Notes under the pieces: generated by a model | Told to the model about the DNA's origin: nothing | Seen by the model: only the letters and a program-made list of their open reading frames with translations | The model's database searches: none | Made by a program: the position numbers and the translations under genes | Source of the DNA: Kudoa neothunni | Lineage: Eukaryota > Animalia > Cnidaria | Length of the DNA: 64,000 bases | Direction: 5' to 3' | Assembly (NCBI GenBank): GCA_964304625.1 | Contig: OZ199838.1 | Span: forward strand, 7,210,035-7,274,034 | In this document: one piece after another, positions 52,073 to 64,000 of the stretch | How the letters are laid out: every line of letters starts with the position of its first letter | Numbering within the stretch: the first letter of the stretch is position 1

Positions 52073-55000
52073 CAGGCACGTGCCGTGAGTATTTGCCCTG
52101 GGTAGGCAGCCGGTGCCTTGGTGCAAGAAAATTTCAACCAAAATTTTAACTATTTATATTTGCATATAGGAAACTAAAAAATATCGAATCTATAAATAAT
52201 TTTTCAAGAAAATTAGTTTTGATTTAATGAGTAAGAATTGTTGCTCAATAAATTTTGTAATAACTTATTTACCGGAAATTGTAATTCCTATGTTGTATTT
52301 GTAGACTAAAAATAAAATATTACAATTCGAAATGGAATTTTTCAGGATTTTAAAATATTTACTTTATTAAATTAACGTTTATGCGTGAGAATGCAATTAA
52401 TTTATATTCCAACGATTTATTTGGAATGTGGACGGCTCCTTATCAAATTAAATAGGTTACAATAACAATTGAATGATAAATTTTTATATTATAATGACTT
52501 GTATATCATGAAATTAATAATACTCCATTCTTAACAATTATTATGGAGGTAATATCTAGTTAACGCCATATAACATTCTTAATTTAAATTTTCGACTCTG
52601 TCCTACGTTACATAGACATCTAAATTAGATAACAAAGAAATCATTTTCACAATATTTTATAATACAAACCAATAATGTTATGATAGGCCCAAATAAAGCG
52701 GATAAATCATTGCTGTAAGTTAAGATTACAAAAATATTTGAAAGCTGGTGCTTTGTATCTTTCTACTTATAAAGGAAACCTATTCTTCTTTCTTTTGTTG
52801 TAGTTAATATCAATCACCTTTTAATCGATATTAATGCAAGGGAAGAAGGTCGTTGGTTTGCCATCCTGTTTCTTGTGTAGCTTTTAATTCGTTTCGATGC
52901 AGAAAACGACCTTTCTACAGAAATGGTTGTTGCAGGAATCGTTAAAATTAATTGTAACAATTTGACAACTTCAGGAAATATTTGGTCCAGTTGATTTTGG
53001 GAGATAAAATCGGACAATTTTTTAGGGGACTATTCATTGAATATGTGAGCATTATAAATTCCGGCCAAATCATCTTTCAGTCTTAAAATGTCAAAGCTTT
53101 TTTCATAATTCGTTTGCAGACTTTCAAGGGCACTCGTGTCAATTTGACATGATAAATTGTCAAAATTATTTCCATTAATCAATGAAATAAACTTGGGATT
53201 TTCGAAATCATTAGATCTCGTTCTCAGGTTCTTTATTATATCACTGACTATTGTACCCAATAATATTGCTTTTTCATTTTTTTTGTCACATTGAGGGGAA
53301 GGATAGGTCTAATTAAGATATTTTTTGACAATATTTTTCGAAATTATAATACAAGGACTTAAATATTATGCGCATATCCTCAAGTTTTGTTATTGTTACA
53401 TTGATTCTTTCGATACAATACGCAATGTCTATCATTTTCGTCTGCAATATATGGAAGAGCGCGTCAGCTAAAACGAAAATTTCATTATAATCATCAGTAA
53501 AAAGTATGTTGAGTCGTTTTTCAGCCAATTGTAAAGTCCAACACTTCGAAATACAGTGTCTGAATCCCAAAATTAGGGATTGTTGTTTACATTGTAGAAA
53601 AGTTTGCGAAGATCACCGTGATACTCCAATATCATCTGCACTAATTTTGAATTTGAATTCCATCTTGTTGCCGCTGCTGTTGGAATGCGTCTCAACACAA
53701 TCTCCTCGAGAAATTGGACCCGTTTAGCTGAATTTTTGAAAAAATAAGAAAGTACTTCATAAGTCTTGAAAAGGCTCGTGCAATCAGGAATAAATTTGGC
53801 CGATTGTGACAACACAAGATTTAACTTATGGGCATAACAGTGAGTGAACAGCGCGGTCGATCTTTTGACTGAATTCCATTTAAATGGAATGCCATAACTA
53901 TTGTTCAATCATACGATCGTGCGACTAATTTCTCTTCGATGTTGTATTTATATATGTTTTTAAATACACATTCCGTCACACCATCCGCTGTTCTGCCACG
54001 AAGAGTATGAAATCCAATGAAAACATCCTTAATTTTCGATCCCAATACGTATCTTAATATTGTTGAACATTGAGATGTGCATGAGGTATCGGTCGTCTCA
54101 TCCGATTCTATCGCAACGACCGGAGCCTGTGCTAATTCCTTTTTAATATTATTCTCAAAAACCACCTTTATAGCCTCAATCAGATCATTTTGAATCCTGT
54201 TGGAAATGCCAGAAAAAACAGATGAATTCTGTAAATGATACAATAATTTGTTGTAAAATTTTGCGGTATAATTCGACAACTCCAAATAATTACCACGATT
54301 TAAAGGAAGCTTGTTTTCATTATCACCGCGAAAAGTAAGTTCTTGTTTAATCAAAAAGCAAACAGCGCGGATCAAAGTTTTCAATATCTTTCTGTTTTCC
54401 TTAACATTTTTATTGTGAAGTTCAATTGAAATATTCTTCTGTTTATCAATAAGCAATTCTACGCGTATAGATCCAAATGTTTTCCATGGAACTTGATTTT
54501 GATAGTGTGCTGCGGATCGCTCATGCTTATTTAAAGCGATTGGTAAATTATTTAAGTCGAAATATCCTTCTTTGATCCACACACTTTCATTAGTCATCGA
54601 AAAAAGCAAACATTGAAAACAAAATAGCCTTATTGTTACAGCACACCCACATAACCCCTCTTTTTTCTTATATCACGAATTATTAAACGTCCTGATGATT
54701 GTCTTCCCTTTCAGTTGTTTAAGTTCTCTAAGACCAGGAGTCAGACTACCATTTCTTATAATTTGTAATTTATCTTCATAAGGAAGTTTTGAAAACTCTT
54801 TAAGCTATCTTCTATTCATATTTGAAGAGATGAAGTAAGACTAACAGAGGCGCGGGCTCTTCTTACAAGTAGGACAATAACTAGTATTAACTTTGGGCGA
54901 TATTCCCAATATAGTTGTCATATAGATTATCGTATTTTAAAAATTACCTTTAATTAAAATTAAGAAAAAATTGAAGAAACAGAACAATTTATTTGAATTA

Positions 55001-55343
55001 ATAATACACGCGCAAATGGAATATTTTAGAAAGATCACGTGACTCGATAGTAGGCAGAATTTATACTGCCTACGGTCGACCATTAAAAATGCAATGATGC
55101 GCAGAATGATGCGGCACGTGCTAGTCACGAAATTTTACGTGGATTTTAGATAACGATTAGAAGGCAGAGACGACTTGTGCCTATCTTGCTACTAATACCT
55201 CGAATATTTTGTAATTTTTTAAAAATATTTGAATGATTATTTTGGTTTTGAGATAAAAGGGATTTTATCTTAATAAAATTAATTAATTTTGATTCAATAG
55301 GGTAGGCACTGCCTACCTTGCCTACCCTGACGGCACGTGCCTG
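52073..55343 (-). mobile_element. hAT element with ZMYM1-like (DUF4371 + hAT dimerisation) transposase, defective
   Basis: Perfect 14-bp TIR CAGGCACGTGCCGT with GGTAGGCA subterminal repeats. TSD not conserved. Confidence 0.85.
52814..54800 (-). pseudogene. ZMYM1-like hAT transposase, fragmented
   Basis: KQELTFRGDNE...NRGNYLEL, SNRIQNDLI, ESDETTD, HCYAHKLNLVL, TRWNS and PATTISVERSFS over five or more ORFs. Confidence 0.88.
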
Positions 55344-56498
55344 GTGCAAATAGGCACTATCTTTTTAGTAATCTTATTTGTATATAATATATTTGATATG
55401 TATAACTTAAGAGTGTATTTAATTCATTATATAATATAACCGAAAATTTCCTATCTACGATAAGAAATTTTAAACAAAAATATTATAATAAAGACACAAT
55501 TTTGGCGTCATACTTAATTTCACGACTTTCTTGCTTCCTCCATTTTTCGAGAAGTATTTCAAACATAATATTTTTTCAATTTGTTAGACACGCAATTCTT
55601 TGTTAGAATTAATGTTGACGTGTCGTGATCGCCAATTAATGGTAGTAAGCACTGGCTATTGACATGGGCATTCTTAAACCTAAATGACGTCGGCGCATGC
55701 ACATAACCATTTCTAATCCAAAAAATTCCTACATATAGCTGATGTATAGAGTTGAATATTTATAATCTGACATATTTAATTATTTTGACCATTGCTGCCG
55801 CTCTTATGGGCCAAGCATAATTAATCACTGCCAAAATTACATTCATTGAGATGTTATGATCGGCCCCAATAGTCATTCCCCTTAAGTAATGATTGTAAAA
55901 ATACATAAAAATTATTGTTAACTTATTTTTGTTTATTTAGACCACTTTTTATATCCGTAGAAAGAAAAGCTGAAGTTATTGAAAAATAATAAACAAAATT
56001 ATGAGTTAATTCTACCATTCAAACACAATGACCCCATTATTATTTCCTTTTAATATTAAATTTAAATAGTTATATGAAATCATTATTCCATCAGAAAATA
56101 TATATTGAAGTATCAAAACAGCACTACTAACAACGTTTAGTCGATAAACGTCCTAAAAATACTGTAATATCTATTGTAATTCGTAACTTAGCAACAAACG
56201 ATATATATTGAAAACAAATTTTGCGCAATATTATAGTATTTGAAAATGAACTTTATGTGACAAATAAAAAAATTGATATAACAATTAATAGTTATTGATC
56301 CATCGTTATTTTTCAATTAGACGGAAATGTAACCAACAATAATAAAAATATTGTTATTATATAAGAAAATCTAATCAGATATTAGTGCAAAAATTTCAAT
56401 TAAACCCAAAACCATATATGCGCATAAGATATATTGACAAACTAACTATTACGCTGATTATTACTCTTAAAAGGATCATTAACTAGGTTCATAATTAG

Positions 56499-57247
56499 GT
56501 GTAAAGACTCTAAATTGGAATAAGTGGTTGACTGAAATGTATCCATTCAAGTTGATTTATGATTCCTAGGCAGAAGAAAAAAGGTGACACGTCACCAACA
56601 ACAACTTAATCTAATATCCACCAGGGAGTATCCATCCGAAGAGCAAGTTCGCCATCAAATCCTATTACTTTTGGTCGTATTATTAACGATTATTATTATT
56701 CGAGCTTGTTGTTATTGTATTCGACTTTTATCGTTGATAAAAAACGCAAATTGTAATGTCGGGGAAAGATGATGATGTATGTGAGTATGTGTATGGTAGA
56801 AAGGCTCTAATGAAACGTCTACTAACCATGGTAACTAAGCTGATCCTAAAAAATTTTAACTGATTTTGTAGCTACGAACCGGAAGTTCAACATCCTCTCA
56901 AGAAGGTTTGATTCTACATAGTTATAAAAATTTAATTATTTGTTATAGCGAGCGGGGATAGTTCTGAGACTACTGGAGTGATAGTGATTAGTGTTCTTGG
57001 CTTGTTGCTAATGTTTTATATGTTATTGTAAATTGCATCTGGGGAGAAATTGTATATTGAATATTTTTTTAGTGTAAATCGTCAACGTAAATCAACCGAA
57101 AATATGGGTAAAAAGGTAAACATTGTGAAAGTTTATTCGGGGATTAATTAATGTTTAATGATAGGGTCCTTTGCCTCGGGGGCCTGACGGAGACGACAAT
57201 CACCGTGGTGGCCCACCTCCCCCAAATTCAGGTTTTGGTGTTGAATA
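56499..57247 (+). CDS. Uncertain small multi-exon gene or pseudogene with a TM-like segment and Pro/Gly-rich tail
   Basis: Hydrophobic ILLLLVVLLTIIII in ORF 56584-56772 and several tiny AG/GT-bounded exons ending GPLPRGPDGDDNHRGGPPPPNSGFGVE*. Splice phases are not all consistent. Confidence 0.25.
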
Positions 57248-57811
57248 ATTGTTGGTTGTTTGTAAATCTAAATTGTTTATGGTTTTTTTTCTTTTATATG
57301 AAGGTAATTTATTATCAATTATTGGATTCTTGTCAATTATAATATAATTTTAGACTTAGCATTAAGTTTCATTTTATAGCAAATGACGTCATCATAACAA
57401 ATTACAAAAGCCGATTTTGTTTTCCACTAACTGAATATATTTTTAAACATTTTGTGGAGTATTTTATAGTGGTTTTTTATGCATTTAACCCCTTGGTGTT
57501 CCCATTGTCCACTTTAGTGGACAAAAATTAATTCGCTTATATATTTATGCACATTAATTATAAAAGAGTGATTTACGAATATGTTAAACATAAGTTGTTA
57601 TTCTATATATTAAATGAGATAACATATTAATAAATGCGTTATGGTCATTTTTATTTGTGATACAACCCTCCCTTTTTATAACGCTTGAATAATCTAAAAC
57701 ATTTGGAAAAATACGTATCAATAAATCATAAAATGCTACTGAAAAAAATTTATTATTGTAAAAAACGAAGTGAATATTTGATAAATGAAATTTTATTGAT
57801 CTGTGAATTAA

Positions 57812-60056
57812 TCCTCTGAGTCATGAAAATTTACACCTTCCAAATAAAAATGGGGTAGAAATCTACCCCAGATTTTCCCCCCAAAATTGTTTGAAATATA
57901 AATTTATATAATCTTGAATAGTTATAATAGATTCTATCGATTAGATTTCGATTAATTCAAGAAACATTATTAGTACCCAATTTGTGCGCGTGCGTCGATT
58001 CTAAAGTTATTAGTGTTTTTCGTTGTACGCGCTTGTCTTATCAAAAGTAAATTTATTTTTTTAACTTAAAAATATTCTTATAACGCAAAAGATTTTTTAT
58101 TGGTTTATCGCGCACTAATAAATGCAATATTTACACAAAAATCAACAAATATAACGAGAGAATGCTGTTATTTCTTGAAACATGCCCAACAAACATGCCA
58201 AAAATGTTTTTTACAGCAAAACCCAGAGCATACATCACGTCTATTGACAGTTTTTATGTCGTCGTTTCTTTCGCACAATCAATTAATACCTTCCACTATT
58301 TCGCCTGTTCTTTGAATTTGTAAAGCATTATTCACATGCTGAGAATTCTTAGAAATCAAGGGGGAAATCATTTCTTCGGCCATTTTTTAACAAAATCTCT
58401 CCTCAGCAGATTCGTTGAATTAAATATTTCCCTGTAAATGCAGAAAGCAATGATCAACGAGATGTCTAACATGTCGAAAAATACGACAAGTGGCCAACGT
58501 CTGGTGATCCTTTTTACAGTCAAGGATGCCAACATTCTCGCGATGGTATCAACTCCACCCTTGACTGAATTGTAATAAGTTAAACTTCTGACTTATGTGG
58601 TGGTTCATCGGCTATGGTTGTATTTGACAAAGAAGAACAGAGCATATAAATAGGCTTGTTTTTTTTGGCTAAATATCGCAATATCATTTTTTTGTGGTTA
58701 AAAACAAAAAGAGAAGAATTCACGATGCTTGCTCTAGTGGATCTCAAATAAGGCGTGATCTCTCGTTGATTAGATCGCATGGTTCCCACCATTGTAATTT
58801 TGTTGGTCAGCAATTCATCCGCCAATTCTACAGACGTAAAAAAATTATCACACACCAAATTTCGCCTCGAACCATTAAAGGGTTCTATCAAATGTAACAC
58901 GATTTCTTTTCCTACATTTGTAGCACTTACAGCTTCACCACCACGCTTTCCAAGATATACACATATATTAGATACATACGTCGATAGAGGATCGACTAAC
59001 AAGAAAAATTTTATCCTATACTTGGCGGGTTTCATGGGCATATATTATTTGAATTTACAACGACCCCCAAAGGCAACAAATTGCTCATCAATGCAAATAT
59101 TCTCGCATGGGCGGAAACTTGAAGCAAGTGCATCTATCCAAATTCTCCAAATCTCGCGTATATGACAAAATTTGTCCGCAGCCTTCCTTATTTCTCTTGT
59201 TTCTGTGCCATCGAAATGAAGGGTACGCATGATTTGACGGAATCTATTGAGAGAAAACAAATCACAGCATATTTTTCTACCCTCTTCAGGATTAAACAAT
59301 TCTTTTAACGGCTCTTGGTTATCTTTGTGGACACCCATCAGCAATAAACAACCAATAAATGCGTCTAGTTCAATTTTGTCTAGTTGTATCCACTTATCAC
59401 CATAAATGTGGGATCCAGATTGGCTCGTGTATTTTATAATTATGTCATAAATTTTTTAATTGATGAAAGTACGAAATGTATCGACCATCGAGTTAATATT
59501 TTGTTTTATGAAGGGAGCAATGCTGAAACGATTATACAAAGTGTTTTAAGCTGGTGTTCGGGCAGATACTGGAGCTTCAATATCCCATGATGTCCCATTC
59601 TTGTCAATAAGACTATCGATTGGAAGATTTATATCAAAATCGCACCTATCTGAGGATTCTTCATCAAAGAGGCCGTAATAATTATCCGATGAGTTGGAAT
59701 CTGAGCAACTTTAACTGTATTCGCACGAACTCATTGCACACAGAACCAGAGGAGAGCATGCGCACAAGAGTGTTCATAATAATGTTCCTTAAATTAATCA
59801 AAATCTAATCGATGGGATCAATTAAAACTATTGGAGATTATGTAACTTTATATTTCAAACAATTTTAGCAAAAAAATCTGGGGTAGATTTCTACCCCATT
59901 TTTACTTAACTGGCACACCTATTTATTCTTTATATTTATACTATAAAAGAGGTTACAAGATTCGACTGAATTTTGAACATTAATCTTTTATTTATTAGGT
60001 AAAAAATGACTCTGAACATTAAGTGGGGTAGATTTCTACCCCATTTTATTGAAGGG
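57812..60056 (-). mobile_element. Nested piggyBac A (PGBD4-like), defective
   Basis: TTAA at 57808-57811 and 60057-60060, palindromic TGGGGTAGAAATCTACCCCA at about 57851, 59879 and 60024. Transposase pieces CIDEQFVAF, KPAKY, CDNFFTS. Confidence 0.85.
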
Positions 60057-60472
60057 TTAAATATACCAATGGATCACGATATTGTTTTTAGTCAGAAAGA
60101 AAATGGAAAAACCATCACAGAAGTAATTGTATTTCCAGATGCGGATAATTCAGAACCAGATGTGATGGTAGATGAGTTGGACAGTCCTATCATTTAAAAT
60201 TACGTGGCAGAATTGGGTGATGAAACATATCAAGATTCCAGTGATTCCGATGACGATCAAATTATAAATTTTAAGTGGGAAAAGAAACAGAACGTTCTAA
60301 ATCCAGCTGAAAATTTAGATATCAATGAGACAATTTTTAGCGACTTGCAAGACCTCGTATTGCCCATTGAGTATTTCAAATTTTTCTTCACGGATGAGTT
60401 GATATCGAATATTTCATATGAATCAAATCTGTACGCTACTCAAAAAAATTCTAATTTCAAAACTGATATTAA

Positions 60473-63096
60473 CCTTCTAAGTAACACAAAATTGGGCACC
60501 TTCCGAGTAACAATGGGGTGAAAAAAGACCCCAAAAGTTTTTTGCATATTTCACATTCTTAGATTATTTACTAACTAAAAATGAAATAAAATTGTAAAAT
60601 TTATAGGTTTTCCATATTATTTCCACGTTTTAAATTTTTCCGCGCATGTGCACACGTGCATATTGTCAAAATAACGCGCGATTGCCGAAATTTAAAATGA
60701 CTATTTGTAGAATTCTCCTAAAATCCTTATAAAATATAAAAAATCCATAAACTATAAGTGATTTATTGAAACAAAAATAAATTTTTCTATTTTCATAATG
60801 TAAAATTGGCAATCTACACAGACGTTCATTTCATTCAATAATTTCTATTTTAATGCCATTGTTTAGGAGTAAATAAGTTAAGTTTAAAAATTATCTGATA
60901 TATAGAAAATAATTGAACAACTGTAATAAACTAACATATAATCTTGTGAACAAACTAATTAAAATTCATGTTATAAATAACTATAAAGAACAATCTTTGT
61001 ACGAATAAAGTTGCATGTTCCTTGCAACATGGACGCTTACATAGATCACATGTGATGGTCGTTTTTTTATCTTTGTCTCGACGGCACCAGATACATCTTT
61101 TTTTGCAATATTTTCCAACAGAATGTCAAGGATTTATGGAACTTGTACGCTCTATTAACTGTGGAATTTTGTTCTTCCTAATGTTTAATGGTTCCGATAA
61201 TTCAAAAGCGACTTTTTTCAAAAAGTCTCTTCTTTTAATATTTGGTTCGTTAAATATCTCCTTGTAAACTACAAACGCATTTACAAGTGAGATATCAATC
61301 ATTTTGTAAAACACAACTAACGGCCATCTTCTGGTGAATCGTCTCACTGGAACCGACGCCAACATACGATCCACTGTGTCAACGCCTCCTTTAGCAGCAT
61401 TATACTGTAGGATAACATCTGGCTTATTAGGAAATATTCTAGAAATTTTTGTGTTATGATTAGATGAACACAATAGGAGGACGTTCTTATTTTTCTTTGG
61501 AGCGAACGATACCAACATTTTCTTTCCATTGAAAACAAATTTTGATTCATTCACCGGGGCTCTTCTATTAGATAGTAGGAATGGTGGTATATCTCGTTTG
61601 TTTTTACGAATTGTACCAATTATAGTCATTCTTCTTTTGATCAATTCATCAGCCAAGGGAATCGATGTAAAATAATTATCGCAAACTAAATTGCATCCTG
61701 AACCAATTAGATTTTCAGTTAATTTGAGAGCAATATTCTTACCAACATCATGAACTTTGGCATCAGTCGAACATTTTTTACCAATATATGCATCTATATT
61801 TAATACATACGAAGTTTGTGGATCTACTAGTAAAAAAATTTTTAACCCGTATTTCGCAGGTTTATTCTTTATATATTGCCTGAAGGAGCAGTTACCCCTA
61901 AAGGATACCAACTGTTCATCAAGACACACATCAAACCCTGAATTATAACTTTTTCTCGCAATATTTACCCAGATATCCCAGATCTCTCTAATGGGGCAAA
62001 ATTTATCCAGTAATTTTCTCTGCTCTCTTGTGTTTGTGTCATCAAAATGGATCGCTCTGGTTAATTGCCTAAATCTTCGCAGAGAAAATAAGTCCTTGTA
62101 TATTTTCCTGCCTTCAGTAGAACTAAACAAATCAACTAATGGTTCTTGTCGATCTTTATGGATAGCCATATATAAGATACATCCAATAAAGCCATTTAAT
62201 TCAGCAACGTCAACGTTTTCCCATAATGAGTATTTCCATATTGGTTGGTAAATTCGATGATTTTGTTCATTATTTCCAAGGGGAAAAATGTTGAAAACAT
62301 CCAGTGATATTAGAAATTCTTTGAGTGGCGTATAGAATCACATCTTGTTTAAAATTTATCATGTTTTACGCTGCATCTTTTGTCTTTCTCGGTTTCACGA
62401 CGCTCCACAAATTATTATTTTTATCAGCGAGGGCATCAGCATATTCACAAATCGTGGGTTCATCTTCAACGTCTTCACTATCAGACCCTCTTGTATATAC
62501 CAAATCCAATGTATCGAGGTCAGATTCATCGATGCTATCATCGCTACTTGCTAAAAAATACTCCATCGCCACTAAAACAAAGTTCCGCGCTAAGACTGAT
62601 TTTAAGTATTTGTCATTTTTCGACATGAAGCTACTCTTAAATTTAATTCTTCCTTTATTTTTGGAATTACTGAATTATATAGTATTGAACTAACAAATAA
62701 AAATCTGGGGTCTTTTCTCACCCCATTTGTTACTCGGAGGGTGTGTTTTTTCATATCCTCGTCATGTTGATTTATAATTTTTTCAAAAATTTTTTTAATA
62801 GGTATTTGAGTTATGCAAACATATCTGAAATCTTATTATTGAAAGCTTTCTGGTTTTTAGAGAAAGCTGAAGTGTAATTTCTTCTGGGGTCATTTTTCAC
62901 CCCATGTTATTTGGTGTATTTTTATTGTTTTAATATTAGTATAAAATATGAAAATCTCTTTAATTATTATTTTTTTATAGATGTTTGTATTTTAGGAGAA
63001 TAGTAGAAATTTAAGCTTTGGCAATTATTTATACTTCGAGAAAATCGAGTTTTAAATCGCTCTGGGGTCTTTTTTCACCCCATGTTACTTAAAAGG
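60473..63096 (-). mobile_element. Nested piggyBac B (PGBD4-like)
   Basis: TTAA at 60469-60472 and 63097-63100, 14-bp TIR CCTT[C/T]TAAGTAACA. TGGGGTC...CACCCCA repeats at about 62706, 62886 and 63063, inverted at about 60514. Confidence 0.92.
61126..62169 (-). pseudogene. piggyBac transposase catalytic core (347 aa open; N-terminus and Cys-rich tail frameshifted)
   Basis: DDD triad intact (CLDEQLV, CDNYFTS, GGVDTVD). The acidic N-terminus lies in ORF 62366-62626 and the CIWC...CDLC..PCCKEH tail lies in another frame. Confidence 0.88.
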
Positions 63097-64000
63097 TTAA
63101 GGAAATAAAAAAATATCTGGGGGTTTTGATTATTATGGGGATAGTAAGAATGCCGAGGTATCGATATTATTGGTCGAAACTTGTGAACTATCCCCTCGTT
63201 TCCGAGACTTTCTCAAGGAACCATTTTGAGCAAATATATAAATACTTGCACTTCGTGGATAATTCTAAAATTATCACGGATCCTAATTTAACCAAATACG
63301 ACAAATTCGCTAAGATTAGACCTTTGTTAGATTCTGTTAGGGCATCGTTTCTAAAGATTGAGCCCGAAAGAAACCACTCAATTAACGAACAGAGTATCCC
63401 GTTTAAGGGCAAGTGTAAGGCCAAGCAATACGTCCCCAATAAACCAACGAAATGGAGTTTTTAAATGTTTGCGAGATGTAGCGTTAGTGGTTTGGTTTAC
63501 GATTTTCATCTTTACGATGGACGAAAATCTGCCGTCACCAAAAGCTGTGGTCTTGTATTTGGCGATTTTGTCATAAAGCTGTGCGAAAGTCTACCATTGG
63601 GCGAATCACATTTCACTTATTTCGACAACTGGTTTACATCTATCCCGCTCCAAATCTTCTTAAAACGAAGAAATATCTATTCTGTTGGTACGATACATAT
63701 TAACAGAGTTAAGGGTTGTCCATTGAGTAGTGACATAGATTTAAAAAAAAAGGACGTGGCTCGTATGGTGCTCCTCATGACTCTGGCAATGGAATATCAA
63801 TAACGAGATGGTTTGATGGGTCAGTTGTCACCCTTCCATCTACTCATTCCTCGATTGAGCCAGTCTCAATGTCGAAAATATTCGATTGGTCTAAGAAAAA
63901 AATGGTGGAAATTCTTTGTCCAGCTGCGGTTAAGGAATATAACAAAAATATGGACGGGGTTGACCTATCCGATATGTTCATGTCACTTTATGTTATGAAA

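Larger units (their letters stand above)
57489..64000 (+). mobile_element. Outer piggyBac (same subfamily as the 44819 element), split by two nested piggyBacs, runs past the window end
   Basis: TTAA-CCCCTTGGTG left end with a TGTCCAC subterminal motif. The transposase begins MDHDIVF at 60069 and rejoins in frame across the 60473-63096 insertion (KTDIK|EIKKYLGVLIIMG). Confidence 0.85.

Noticed and set aside
62705-63090. Spaced palindromic repeats resembling a CRISPR array
   Set aside because: Only three copies about 180 bp apart, located at a piggyBac end. They are subterminal transposase-binding repeats and no cas genes are present.

Overview
This is AT-rich eukaryotic (most likely metazoan) nuclear DNA, not prokaryotic, so the ORF track mostly shows single exons and broken transposases. 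Compact host genes with short GT-AG introns (mostly about 35-100 nt) form gene islands: an EF-hand protein, IMPA1, a syntaxin-16-like Qa-SNARE, a C-terminal DIX-domain (Axin/DIXDC1-like) gene with apparent frame breaks, RINT1, KRR1, COX6B head-to-head with API5, RAB2, DENR and a few unassigned small multi-exon candidates. The islands alternate with transposon islands covering about 29 kb (about 45% of the window). These contain four distinct Merlin (IS1595/ISXO2-like) elements, six piggyBac transposase elements plus relics, six bounded hAT elements/MITEs, a candidate non-autonomous Helitron, a 98-bp solo-LTR-like insertion and a long foldback repeat, often nested and many with readable TIRs and target-site duplications (TSDs). 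Every transposase copy is disrupted. Strong protein divergence, tiny introns and RAB2 exon sizes matching vertebrates fit a reduced parasitic metazoan such as a myxozoan (inference only). I found no clear new multi-gene system. The best leads are the DIX-domain gene, the ultra-short LTR-like insert, the cluster of minimal Merlin elements and a predicted 7-nt microexon.
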